A model generated the notes under the pieces. The model had not been told where the DNA came from. It saw only the letters and a program-made list of their open reading frames with translations, and did not search any database. Below are positions 20,284-29,173 of a DNA stretch of 64,000 bases, one piece after another (positions within the stretch are counted from its first letter, which is position 1; each line of letters opens with the position of its first letter). Origin of the DNA: Escherichia phage AV118. The translations under genes were made by a program, and so were the position numbers. The DNA lies in the sequence record OR352948.1, one strand, 5' to 3'.

Positions 20284-21264
20284 TTATTTCAGTAAAGTAA
20301 CTTCCGAGATTTCTTCCCAACCATCTTTATCAGTTGAAATAAAATCTGCTACATAAAGAGCCGTACGTAATGATACATTGCGAAGACGAGATACGTTAGC
20401 CTTCATCCAGGACAATGCTTTGTACGTTTCTGCATCCGTCAGGCCACGTTTCTGCATCATGTCAGTAGATAATATTACATCTTCAACTCGAACCATAATC
20501 TCTTCATTAGAGTGTACTCCAAGGTCGAGATACACTGAACGAGATACTAAAGCTTGAAGGTGTGGAGCAAGTTTCGAACCCCGTTCTAACTCTTTATCGA
20601 TATCAACGTTTGTAATGAAAACGATAGTACCTTCAAACTCAAATTCTTTATCAATACCCTTATCCTCGAGATAAGATGACGCAGTGCTCCAACAAACTTT
20701 GCGTTTATCGCCGGTATCTAATGCTGCTTTAAGAAGGTTCAAGATGTCCATATCTGAGAATACGTCAACGTCGTCGATTAAGAGAACGCTGTCTGCATCA
20801 CGGTTGAGCCAAAGTTGTTCGTAAAGGCCAATACCAGAGATTTTACCATTAATGCTTTTGTATTTGATGAAACCATTATCATTAGCGTTATTAAGTGCTT
20901 TATCCAGAGAATACGTCTTACCAATACCGGCTGCACCTGAAATAATGAGTGAACGAATTTTGCCATCGATAATGCCATTCGTCATCATGTTCATTACTTT
21001 AAAGCGTTTGTTGATACGAGTTTTCATATCTTCAGTGCTTTCAATAACTGCAACTGGTGACGTCCCAACTCCTTCCATTACGATGTCTGATTTGAAGACC
21101 CATACTCCACGTTCAGAACCATCAATCATAACGAAAATTTTACCATCACCTAAGTGGGAACATTCAGGATTAAGCTTTGCCGGGAACCATGTCTTTGTGG
21201 CAACATAAGAACCAGAGATTTCGTTATTACGATAGATACCTTTTTTGATTTGAACGTTGAACAT
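20284..21264 (-). CDS. P-loop NTPase
   Basis: Walker A GAAGIGKT and Walker B LLIDDVD; SD ggag before the MFNVQ start. Confidence 0.6.
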   Translation of the reverse strand: MFNVQIKKGIYRNNEISGSYVATKTWFPAKLNPECSHLGDGKIFVMIDGSERGVWVFKSDIVMEGVGTSPVAVIESTEDMKTRINKRFKVMNMMTNGIIDGKIRSLIISGAAGIGKTYSLDKALNNANDNGFIKYKSINGKISGIGLYEQLWLNRDADSVLLIDDVDVFSDMDILNLLKAALDTGDKRKVCWSTASSYLEDKGIDKEFEFEGTIVFITNVDIDKELERGSKLAPHLQALVSRSVYLDLGVHSNEEIMVRVEDVILSTDMMQKRGLTDAETYKALSWMKANVSRLRNVSLRTALYVADFISTDKDGWEEISEVTLLK

Positions 21265-21290
21265 TTTATTCTCCAATTTACTCATTTCGT

Positions 21291-21331
21291 TTCGATAGGT
21301 CTATAATAACATGTTTAAAGCAAAAGTAAAC
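21291..21331 (-). promoter_or_regulatory. Promoter/stem-loop cassette
   Basis: gataggtctataataacat...gtaaac family. Confidence 0.4.
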
Positions 21332-21333
21332 AA

Positions 21334-21552
21334 TTATTTGCGACGAGATTTTTTGGTAAGAGGTTGAAAGAACACTGCTTTACCGGCTGGGGTTAAGGTG
21401 ACCCGTAATGCATTACCGATTCCTAAGGATGCTTTAACTAGACCTTTAGCTTTCAGTTCACCGAATGCTTGACATTGGTCTGCATCACGAGTGTTAACCA
21501 TAAGACCTTTATCACCGGCTTCACGAATCATTTCTAACATTTTGGTTTTCAT
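21334..21552 (-). CDS. Hypothetical small protein
   Basis: Start MKTKMLEM with SD gaggag. Confidence 0.4.
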   Translation of the reverse strand: MKTKMLEMIREAGDKGLMVNTRDADQCQAFGELKAKGLVKASLGIGNALRVTLTPAGKAVFFQPLTKKSRRK

Positions 21553-21565
21553 TTTGTTCTCCTCT

Positions 21566-21608
21566 TGTTTTGATAGGTCTATAATAACATATCCTAAAAG
21601 CATGTACA
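21566..21608 (-). promoter_or_regulatory. Promoter/stem-loop cassette
   Basis: ttgttttgataggtctataataacat family. Confidence 0.4.
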
Positions 21609-21657
21609 CTACTTTTTAAAAATATTTTAACCCCCTAAAGGGACCCGAAGGCCCTTA

Positions 21658-22647
21658 TCATTTATAGTATGAATTGTGGTTTTCTAAGTAGACTTGTTCA
21701 AGGAAATCATCCCAGAAACTCATATCTACTTTTTGTTGCATACCGTTCTTAGCGGCTTGTTCCGATGCTTGTTCAACTTGGTCAACGATATCTTCTAGGA
21801 ATTCTTGTACAGTTTTAAACGTATGTTTACCAAGCTTAACATCGAGAATAAATGGAGCATCCTGAAGTGGGTAAACCAGGTCGCCGGTTTTGTAAATTTC
21901 CAATAATTGAAGTCCACCACGACATGCATGACTCAATGCTTTCCAGTCAATACCTTCGTTGGCTTCAGCCTTACGAGCACGTTCACCATAGTTCTCTTCC
22001 AGTTTAACCAGGATGGCATTGAACTCTTTGTTAGTTAACGTATCTTGGAATTTACGGTCCAACAGACTATAAAATGTTTGCTTACCTGTTTTCTCGTTTT
22101 CGGTTTCAACCCATGAAGCAAATTCACCTACAGGCAGAACATTCTTCATATGTGATAAACGAATTACTGCACCATTATCAAAGTATTGTCCCCATTCATT
22201 AGAACGTTTAAGGGCTTGACGAAGAACAGCCAGTCGAGAACCCTTGACACCGTATTTAGAAGCTTGCTTACGGACATACCCTAAATAAGATTTCATGTTA
22301 GTAGTATAGAAACGAGACCTGTTATCTTGAATATACTTCCATACATCAGGCAAATCAGATTTAACTACTAGACTTTGTGGAGTGTGAAGCATATCTAATG
22401 CGACGGTTTCACCATCCGCAGCTAGTTTAAAGAAATATTTGAGACTGTACAACTCATGGTCCACGTCGTCTTTTGTGTTCTTAGAAGATGTGTTATTCGT
22501 GTTCTTGCTCATGTGTTCTTTAACGTTACCGGTCAAAATATCACGAGCATGAGGGACATAAATTTCTTTAAAATCGATGTCAGATTCAGGAGTAGACGTT
22601 CCATAAAGGTGGCTGCCAAAGTAGCCTTTCATAATTGTTTTCATCAT
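21658..22647 (-). CDS. Putative Pol-beta-type nucleotidyltransferase-fold protein
   Basis: N-terminal GSHLYGTSTPESDIDF fits the G[GS]x9-13 DxD signature; 329 aa. Confidence 0.45.
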   Translation of the reverse strand: MMKTIMKGYFGSHLYGTSTPESDIDFKEIYVPHARDILTGNVKEHMSKNTNNTSSKNTKDDVDHELYSLKYFFKLAADGETVALDMLHTPQSLVVKSDLPDVWKYIQDNRSRFYTTNMKSYLGYVRKQASKYGVKGSRLAVLRQALKRSNEWGQYFDNGAVIRLSHMKNVLPVGEFASWVETENEKTGKQTFYSLLDRKFQDTLTNKEFNAILVKLEENYGERARKAEANEGIDWKALSHACRGGLQLLEIYKTGDLVYPLQDAPFILDVKLGKHTFKTVQEFLEDIVDQVEQASEQAAKNGMQQKVDMSFWDDFLEQVYLENHNSYYK

Positions 22648-23117
22648 TTAGCCTTATATTCAAGAGTAGGACAGACTTTTTCTTTACGAGCTTTAAGGTA
22701 TTCGCCTATTAATGATTTCTTACGTTCAATAGGCTCAAGTCCATTTTTAATTCGTTCTTGGTTTTGTGCAATGAGCTCAATTTCTTTATAATATTTTCTG
22801 TCGTTATATTTGTCTAACAACCAAGACGGACCAATTACCAACCCGGTAGCAATAAAAGCCATGACTGCTACCATTAAAATGCCTACACCAATTGAAGCTG
22901 GAACTAATGTCCATAGACTGCTAAAAACAAAGAATTTAGTTAAAATTTCCTGGCCAATGATTGTGACTGCTGCTAAAATAGCAAATCCAATAATTGAAAC
23001 GGCCAATACCGGGATTAACGTTTTCCAAAAATAAGCACACAACGTTTTCGGCCGATTCCATGTACTATTGAACGCGGCATAAATTTTAAAATGCCAAGAG
23101 TTTTCATTGATAATCAT
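22644..23117 (-). CDS. Integral membrane protein
   Basis: 157 aa with several hydrophobic helices. Confidence 0.5.
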   Translation of the reverse strand: MIINENSWHFKIYAAFNSTWNRPKTLCAYFWKTLIPVLAVSIIGFAILAAVTIIGQEILTKFFVFSSLWTLVPASIGVGILMVAVMAFIATGLVIGPSWLLDKYNDRKYYKEIELIAQNQERIKNGLEPIERKKSLIGEYLKARKEKVCPTLEYKAK

Positions 23118-23126
23118 AATAATTCC

Positions 23127-23656
23127 TTATTTCAAAGTCGGGATAATGGAATCAAGATAAGCTTTAAGAGCAACTGCTTCATCTTTGTCTAATGTAATGA
23201 TATGTTGACGAAGGTCATCAATTTGACGAATAACTACGACATCACCGTCTTCATAAGAAGGATTAACGCCTAGGACTGTTGTATAGTCAGGGCGGTCCTG
23301 ATTTGTAATAAAAGCATTACGGCATTTAGCCCATTGAAGTTTGGCCTTTTTGGCTGTTTCAGATTCAATGAATTCTTTCACCTTAGCGACAAATGTTTTC
23401 CAATTATTAATATAAAAACATTCATCTTCGGTTTCGATATTAACCCCACTATAAAGTCCGTGATAAAAACGAACTTGAAGGTCTTCATCAATGTTAATTA
23501 CAGATGCATGACCAGGTGGATTGAGTTTCAAAATCTTGTCTAGTTCCATAGGAAGAATAGTAACAACATCATCTTCTTGCGTCAGAACATACGCATAACC
23601 ACGTTTTTCGATACATAAATCGCCAAACAACTCGGTTGTTTCAATTACAGTTTTCA
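23127..23656 (-). CDS. Hypothetical protein
   Basis: ORF taken from the MKTVIETT ATG. Confidence 0.45.
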
Positions 23657-23657
23657 T

Positions 23658-23838
23658 ATTATTCACCAATTAAAGTTTCAACAAAATTCACCAAAGCATC
23701 CTGGCAAGCATCAACCTGATTTTCATAAAAGTCTCCGTTATCATTTACCGCGTGATAAGCTACAACATTCAAATCTGAATCGGCTTCACGTAGGTCACGG
23801 ATAAGGTCCATCAATTTATTAGCTTGTTCACGGGTCAT
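23658..23838 (-). CDS. Hypothetical small protein
   Basis: 59-codon ORF (MTREQANKLMDL...) found by manual translation, just under the track threshold. Confidence 0.25.
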
Positions 23839-23958
23839 TTTACCATACTCGTTTCAATAAGATTCACTATGCCGTTTACCATGTTATAAGTAAACATCGG
23901 ATAATTGTATTGTATCACAACGTATACGATAAGCAAAAGTTTCATTTTGTTCTCCATT

Positions 23959-24003
23959 TGTTTTGATAGGACTACTATAACATAGTCCTATCAAGATGTA
24001 AAC
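23959..24003 (-). promoter_or_regulatory. Promoter/stem-loop cassette
   Basis: gataggact-actataacat-agtcctatc, a 9-bp inverted repeat with TGtTATAGT in the loop on the minus strand; GTTTAC 17 nt upstream. Confidence 0.45.
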
Positions 24004-24236
24004 TACCGATTATGTTTTAAATGTTGATAAAGTTCTTCAACTTGTTTAGGGTCCAAAACAATTAGGTCATTTTCTTGGCGAAGATAAATCCATCCCTTAT
24101 CTCCAGGACCATTTTTACAAAACATCACCGCCATATCATCATCTTCAGCGCTTTCAGGTAAAAGTTCAAGTACACCGTCTTCAGATTTTCCAGTATAATC
24201 GTAAAGCATAATATCCTCACATAATCTCGTTAACAT
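24003..24236 (-). CDS. Hypothetical protein
   Basis: 77 aa ORF. Confidence 0.4.
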   Translation of the reverse strand: MLTRLCEDIMLYDYTGKSEDGVLELLPESAEDDDMAVMFCKNGPGDKGWIYLRQENDLIVLDPKQVEELYQHLKHNR

Positions 24237-24396
24237 ACATTTGCAATTCGGTGTGGGCGTCAGCCATCTTTTTCATAGCTCTGTTAATGTCGATGTCTCC
24301 ATCTTCGCAACCATGAGCATTTTCCCAATCAGATACCGCATTAGCGTACTCTTCAATCAAAAACATTAACTTAGAAATTTTTTCTTTACGTGACAT
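24217..24396 (-). CDS. Hypothetical small protein
   Basis: Start MSRKEKISK with SD gaggag. Confidence 0.35.
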   Translation of the reverse strand: MSRKEKISKLMFLIEEYANAVSDWENAHGCEDGDIDINRAMKKMADAHTELQMYVNEIM

Positions 24397-24402
24397 AACG
24401 TT

Positions 24403-24452
24403 CTCCTCTAGTAAGTAAGGTTTACTATAACACAACCTGAGGAGAAGTAAAC
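24403..24452 (-). promoter_or_regulatory. Promoter/stem-loop cassette
   Basis: ctcctc...tttactataacac...gaggag...gtaaac. Confidence 0.4.
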
Positions 24453-24463
24453 TGATAGATGCC

Positions 24464-24491
24464 AAAAAGCCCCGACCTTTCGGAAGGGGCT
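24464..24491 (-). terminator. Rho-independent terminator downstream of rI
   Basis: Minus-strand RNA agcccc-ttccgaaaggtc-ggggcu followed by UUUUU; same sequence recurs at 39588-39615. Confidence 0.6.
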
Positions 24492-24497
24492 AGTAAA

Positions 24498-24800
24498 TTA
24501 GATAGATGTAGGCTCTAATTTTATTTTCATGAACTCGGCAAATTGTCTGGCAGTTTTTATGCCTTGTTCATGACATTCAAATGCATCATCACAGGGACTA
24601 TTTTTGTAATGCTTTGCCATATACTTATAGAATTTTTCAGAATTCTCGACATTTTGAATTTCAAACAAAGTATATACGTTTTTAATCCCTGATTCCATAA
24701 AGTTATCAAAATATGGGTCGATATATGCAGTACCAACGATAGGAGTTGTTGCTGCAAAAAACCCCAGCATCGCCATGACAGCTATCGCTCTTAAGGCCAT
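24498..24800 (-). CDS. rI: Lysis-inhibition regulator RI (signal-anchor periplasmic protein)
   Basis: 100 aa with N-terminal hydrophobic anchor; DPYFDNFMESGI and PCDDAFEC match recalled T4 RI; upstream of tk as in T4. Confidence 0.65.
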   Translation of the reverse strand: MALRAIAVMAMLGFFAATTPIVGTAYIDPYFDNFMESGIKNVYTLFEIQNVENSEKFYKYMAKHYKNSPCDDAFECHEQGIKTARQFAEFMKIKLEPTSI

Positions 24801-24812
24801 ATAGGCCTCCTG

Positions 24813-25025
24813 TTAATTTTGGCCAGTATTTATTTTTCGCCTTTGGACGGCCTTAACATCTGTGAGGTATTTTTCCAGCTTGCGCTTGCGTGTATAATCA
24901 GCTTTAGAACCAGTTTGACGGATATCCTCGTTTAAATGAGAAATAGAATGTCCTAATTCTCTTCGGATTTCATCCAATTGGGTTACAGTAAGATTACGAA
25001 GTTGTCTTTCGTTTAATTGCTGCAT
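24813..25025 (-). CDS. Hypothetical protein (rI.1-like)
   Basis: 70 aa basic ORF. Confidence 0.4.
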   Translation of the reverse strand: MQQLNERQLRNLTVTQLDEIRRELGHSISHLNEDIRQTGSKADYTRKRKLEKYLTDVKAVQRRKINTGQN

Positions 25026-25052
25026 ATATACCTCTTGGTTAGATATTAGTAT

Positions 25053-25634
25053 TTATAACAACCCTGTCAAATCGTTCCAATGCTTCCGGCATAATGACAC
25101 ATATCTATCGGTATCACCAATTTCAATTTGACTGCCATCTGTAATTGGAAGTCCGTCTTCCGTGACTCTAGCTACCATTGTGGCCTTTTTACCACAATGA
25201 CAAACACCTTTAAGTTCAACAAGTTTATCGGCAATAGCCATTAATGCTTGAGAACCTTCAAATAGATTACCTTTAAAATCTGTTCGTAGTCCATATGCCA
25301 TTACCGGCACATTGTACACGTCAACAATACGACTAAGTTGATACACCTTTTCAGTAGTTAAGAACTGAGCTTCGTCAACAAATACACAATGAATATCCTT
25401 TTGTGCTGCAGCCCATTTATAAAATTCAAAGATATCCATGTCTTTTGTAATTATATTGGCATCCTGACGAATACCAATACGAGAGACTATTTCACCTTTT
25501 GAATCACGAGTATCAATAGCCGGTTTAAGAACTAATACACCCATGCCACGTTCTTTATAGTTATGTGCGGCAGTAAGTAATGAAGCAGACTTACCAGCGT
25601 TCATAGCGGCATAGGTAAAAATTAAACTAGCCAT
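25053..25634 (-). CDS. tk: Thymidine kinase
   Basis: 193 aa with P-loop GKSASLL and C-terminal zinc ribbon (CHCGKK...CRKH). Confidence 0.9.
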   Translation of the reverse strand: MASLIFTYAAMNAGKSASLLTAAHNYKERGMGVLVLKPAIDTRDSKGEIVSRIGIRQDANIITKDMDIFEFYKWAAAQKDIHCVFVDEAQFLTTEKVYQLSRIVDVYNVPVMAYGLRTDFKGNLFEGSQALMAIADKLVELKGVCHCGKKATMVARVTEDGLPITDGSQIEIGDTDRYVSLCRKHWNDLTGLL

Positions 25635-25643
25635 AAGAGTCCC

Positions 25644-25826
25644 TTATAGTGAATTCACGTAGTCAATGAGTTCTTGTTCTTTCCTGTCAAATGATTCCAA
25701 CAATGCTTGATATTCTTCGTCCGTCAAAGGAGCATATTCATCATACGCATTGGTGGCTGCTTGCTCATCCAATAGGTCATGGATAAGTTCAAACAGTTTA
25801 GTTTTCTCTTCTTTAGTCAATTTCAT
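25644..25826 (-). CDS. Hypothetical protein (tk.1-like)
   Basis: 60 aa acidic ORF. Confidence 0.4.
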   Translation of the reverse strand: MKLTKEEKTKLFELIHDLLDEQAATNAYDEYAPLTDEEYQALLESFDRKEQELIDYVNSL

Positions 25827-26039
25827 TTAGGTTCACCTTCTTTAACGAAATCTGGGTAAGGGTAAAATCCTGAGTAAAACCCTTCACCTTTATGATTGCT
25901 ACAACCTTTGTTCGAACAGTAACACCAATAATCAAAATCACAAGCCATTTCGTCATTGCATAAAGCAAAAACTACAGGCCATTCGCATTTTTCGCATTTA
26001 GCACCTGTAAGAATTTTTGTTTGACTCATAGCCATGTCA
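25823..26039 (-). CDS. Cysteine-rich small protein
   Basis: CEKCEW...CNDEMACDFDYWCYCSNKGCSNHKG. Confidence 0.4.
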
Positions 26040-26238
26040 CCTTTAAGCAATATTCTTCTACATGTTGTTTACGGCCTTTCTTATCAATAAAGGTATATTC
26101 AACGAATGTTCCGATGTAGTCTTTATCTACATCATGTGGACTATTAATTGGACATTTAGTACGACAAATGCGTTCCCATTGACGAATAATTACTGCCTTA
26201 TTCTTTGGATCATATGGATGTGGATAATGTATATTCAT
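26026..26238 (-). CDS. Hypothetical protein
   Basis: ORF whose ATG overlaps the stop of the macro-domain gene. Confidence 0.4.
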   Translation of the reverse strand: MNIHYPHPYDPKNKAVIIRQWERICRTKCPINSPHDVDKDYIGTFVEYTFIDKKGRKQHVEEYCLKVTWL

Positions 26239-26732
26239 AATAACGGTTCCCAATCAACAATCACAATTTCTAGTTTAGTGGAATACGTATCTAAAATCTC
26301 TTCGATGACATCCCAGTTTCCACCACCAATACCTGCACCAATTCTTGGCATATAAATTACAGGCTTTGTTATCTTATTCTTTCCGAATTCATTTAATTCT
26401 ATTATACAATTCATTAAAGCAGAGTACTCAAAATTAGGTCCCGGCTCAAACTGTGTATAAAGATTAAAGCAATAAGCTTTATGGGTCTTAAAATATTTTT
26501 CATAAACCGAATAAGTCCCGAGTTTAGACTTGTCTCCGAATTCGGTTTGAAGTTTATCGGCTTCTAAAATTTTTGGATAAGCCTTTGCTAATTGGCCTGC
26601 TACACCGGCGCCCATTGTATGAAAACAATTACACCCATGAGCAATATTATTACCTTTAGAAAACAGGGCGACAATATCGCCCTTGATATAGTTTTTAATC
26701 ACTTGCTGCAAGTCCTCTATTATAAGAGTCAA
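26235..26732 (-). CDS. Macro-domain protein (ADP-ribose-binding/processing fold)
   Basis: IAHGCNCFHTMGAGVAGQLAKAYP and MPRIGAGIGGGNW match macro-domain glycine-rich motifs; T4 tk.4 position by order. Confidence 0.55.
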   Translation of the reverse strand: MTLIIEDLQQVIKNYIKGDIVALFSKGNNIAHGCNCFHTMGAGVAGQLAKAYPKILEADKLQTEFGDKSKLGTYSVYEKYFKTHKAYCFNLYTQFEPGPNFEYSALMNCIIELNEFGKNKITKPVIYMPRIGAGIGGGNWDVIEEILDTYSTKLEIVIVDWEPLL

Positions 26733-27033
26733 CTAGACGGTCCACCATAGAATTGCATGCTGCCTTATCTTTAGGTTCCGCCACCGAGCATTCTAATATT
26801 TGCCATTTTTTATAGTATCTTTTAATTAAGGTAGACGCCTTGAACCTACTAGACGCCCCATCTTTTTCTCCGTCTTTATACGCGTATAACAATTTTTGTG
26901 AAAAATCTACTTTACACTCTTGACTTTTACCACAATAATCAGACGCCGTTCTGTTTGTATACTCCGTTACATCAGTATATGTAGTATTAGCAAGAGCGTT
27001 AAATGAAACCAAGCTAACTATTAAAGCCAACAT
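26695..27033 (-). CDS. Secreted small protein (vs position)
   Basis: N-terminal signal peptide (MLALIVSLVSFNALA) and four Cys; positional equivalent of T4 vs, not verified by sequence. Confidence 0.4.
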   Translation of the reverse strand: MLALIVSLVSFNALANTTYTDVTEYTNRTASDYCGKSQECKVDFSQKLLYAYKDGEKDGASSRFKASTLIKRYYKKWQILECSVAEPKDKAACNSMVDRLVDSYNRGLAASD

Positions 27034-27038
27034 TTTGG

Positions 27039-27581
27039 TCATTCTTTTATTTCCAGTAGTTTATTTGATTTAAGGTAATTAGCCTTTTCTAGGACTTCAG
27101 AAGCATATTTACTTCCAGCACTTGTCTTCCATCCTGCATTATATGAGGATATAGCTTTTCTTATATCCCCATTATGTATATTTAACCAATAAGAAAATTC
27201 GATATAAGCCCATCTGGCTGAATTAGACCGCTTAGATAGCATTTTCTTAATTTGGGCATCAGACATATTATAACCAAGCTGGTTAATTCTTGCCCTCATT
27301 GTTGGTAGATAATTTTGGAACATTCCATACGCATGGTGACCTTTCTTATCTTTAAGATTAATACCGGCAGATGATTCCTGCCATAGTATTGCGGCCATTA
27401 TGTATCCAAGTCCTTTCTTATGCATATTTTCATGCGTTTTAAATTTTCCGTCCTTAGAAAACTGTTCCCCAAACTGATAAGCATAATTCAAGTTATCGAG
27501 TTGGACATTACTAAAAGTATGCTCGGAGCTATGTGCTGATAACGAAAGAGCAAATAGACCAGCGAGTAGTGCTTTTCTCAT
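27039..27581 (-). CDS. Secreted protein, possibly lytic-transglycosylase-like (vs.1 position)
   Basis: Signal peptide MRKALLAGLFALSLSAHS; 180 aa. Confidence 0.45.
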   Translation of the reverse strand: MRKALLAGLFALSLSAHSSEHTFSNVQLDNLNYAYQFGEQFSKDGKFKTHENMHKKGLGYIMAAILWQESSAGINLKDKKGHHAYGMFQNYLPTMRARINQLGYNMSDAQIKKMLSKRSNSARWAYIEFSYWLNIHNGDIRKAISSYNAGWKTSAGSKYASEVLEKANYLKSNKLLEIKE

Positions 27582-27589
27582 GTTTACCT

Positions 27590-28048
27590 CTAGATTTTAA
27601 TCACTGCTTTAGAAGCTTTTCCTGGTAGTCGTTTACTGTTAATAATAGCCATTCTACATTGAAGAGTCTTCATTTTGAATGCCGGATTTTCGCGACAAAC
27701 TGTAAGTCCTAACCAAAGATTTCCGTCAGTTATTTCTAAACGGCCTGGGCGATATTCGACACCTTCGACAAAATCTTCATCAACATCCGGACGTGCCGGC
27801 ATTGATAAAAATTCTGCAACTTCTTTAACGTGATTTTTTACTTTATGAAATAATTCAAAAACGTAATTCTCATCTATTTCTCTCTGGATGGCACGATCTA
27901 AGAGATGTTGAGAATACTTGATATGAAAGCCTGGTAGTCCAAGAGACTTTGCAGCATCTTTTATACCGGCATTTATTTTGCGGAACTCCGTTTCAAAGAT
28001 TCGACGGAGTTTATTACGGCGGATAAAAACATCCGAATTGATAGTCAT
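27590..28048 (-). CDS. regB: Sequence-specific endoribonuclease RegB
   Basis: 152 aa, near-identical to recalled T4 RegB (MTINxxVFIRRNKLRR...PGKASKAVIK). Confidence 0.85.
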   Translation of the reverse strand: MTINSDVFIRRNKLRRIFETEFRKINAGIKDAAKSLGLPGFHIKYSQHLLDRAIQREIDENYVFELFHKVKNHVKEVAEFLSMPARPDVDEDFVEGVEYRPGRLEITDGNLWLGLTVCRENPAFKMKTLQCRMAIINSKRLPGKASKAVIKI

Positions 28049-28056
28049 TTTGATTT

Positions 28057-28105
28057 CTCCTCTAGTTGACAGGTCTATAGTAACACAACTAGAGGAGAAG
28101 TAAAC
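28057..28105 (-). promoter_or_regulatory. Promoter/stem-loop cassette upstream of regB
   Basis: Perfect 12-bp inverted repeat ctcctctagttg/caactagaggag around tctatagtaaca, with gtaaac at the end; the regB SD is part of one arm. Confidence 0.5.
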
Positions 28106-28109
28106 TACT

Positions 28110-28325
28110 TTATTGATAAAATGGAGTTAAAGCCCAGGATTCTTTAGATACTATATTGGCGAAATGCCTCATCTCTTCGATTTGGCGACGACGCTGGTCA
28201 GCATAGTCTTCTTCGCCTTCTTCCTTACAGTCTTCAAGGTCTTCTTCAAGATACTTTAAGTATTCACTACAAATTTTGTTGACCTTTTCTTGGAAGTCCA
28301 ATAACCCAGTAATAGTAGAAGCCAT
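28110..28325 (-). CDS. Hypothetical acidic protein (vs.3 position)
   Basis: 71 aa ORF. Confidence 0.4.
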   Translation of the reverse strand: MASTITGLLDFQEKVNKICSEYLKYLEEDLEDCKEEGEEDYADQRRRQIEEMRHFANIVSKESWALTPFYQ

Positions 28326-28591
28326 TAGTATTTTTCCTCAGGTCGAAATACCGCACGACATGCCCACATACTGGCTTCTTTTAGATGTTGCTTAGCGTAC
28401 TTAAGAGCCTGCACTGCATCCATATCTTCTTTGGTTTGTTGCTCTGTTTCATTTTCTTTCAAGATATATGCTTCTTCAATCAGAGCATCAAACAACAATC
28501 CAAGACGGACTTCAGCATCTTTAATAGCGTTCACTTTACCAATTTTATCATCGGTATGCGGCTTGTAACCTTTAATATCTTCAATCGACAT
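28325..28591 (-). CDS. Hypothetical helical protein at the T4 vs.4 (Acb2) position
   Basis: 88 aa from the internal MSIEDIK start; second ORF after regB, where T4 carries vs.4; no sequence verification possible. Confidence 0.35.
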   Translation of the reverse strand: MSIEDIKGYKPHTDDKIGKVNAIKDAEVRLGLLFDALIEEAYILKENETEQQTKEDMDAVQALKYAKQHLKEASMWACRAVFRPEEKY

Positions 28592-28805
28592 AAGGAATTT
28601 CCTCATCTGTGGCAAGGTCATATTCGACCAATTGGATAGGCTCATTAATACCATATCCACGTACAGTGATATCAGTTGTCGGATAGTTTCCAGTAATATC
28701 ACCCGTTCTAAATGCTTCAATGAATGATTGCTCGCCTGAGCAACTAAACCAGGCGGCAAAACATTTTAAAACATCTTCAGACCCTTCTATAATCAATTTA
28801 GCCAT
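28581..28805 (-). CDS. Hypothetical protein (vs.5 position)
   Basis: 74 aa ORF. Confidence 0.4.
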   Translation of the reverse strand: MAKLIIEGSEDVLKCFAAWFSCSGEQSFIEAFRTGDITGNYPTTDITVRGYGINEPIQLVEYDLATDEEIPYVD

Positions 28806-29167
28806 TATAGACTCTCAGTAAAGGTACGAGCGATAACGTCGCGTTGCTGTTCCGGAGTCAGAGAGTTAAAGCGAACTGCATATCCGGATACACGGATGGT
28901 CAGCTGCGGATATTTTTCTGGATGCTTAACTGCATCTTCCAAAGTTTCACGACGCAGAACGTTAACGTTCAGATGTTGACCACCTTCAATTTTAACTTTA
29001 GGTTGATGTTCAATTTCAATTTCACGGGCATTCAAACCGTAGAAAATTTCCGGGTCTACAATAGCGTCTTCTTTAAAAGTCTTAGAGACAATAATCCGGG
29101 CTTGAGTACCGTCTTCAAAATAAATAGTGCCTTTATGTGCACCTTCAAGAATTTGATATGCTTTCAT
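28805..29167 (-). CDS. Autonomous glycyl-radical cofactor (GrcA/YfiD-like; T4 Y06I homolog)
   Basis: C-terminal ~60 aa ([60 protein letters not shown]) carries the RVSGY glycyl-radical motif and matches recalled E. coli GrcA. Confidence 0.85.
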   Translation of the reverse strand: MKAYQILEGAHKGTIYFEDGTQARIIVSKTFKEDAIVDPEIFYGLNAREIEIEHQPKVKIEGGQHLNVNVLRRETLEDAVKHPEKYPQLTIRVSGYAVRFNSLTPEQQRDVIARTFTESL

Positions 29168-29173
29168 ATAACC

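Noticed and set aside
20852-21208. Plus-strand ORF of 118 aa opposite the P-loop NTPase gene
   Set aside because: Antisense to a gene with clear Walker motifs; the whole early region is transcribed from the minus strand.
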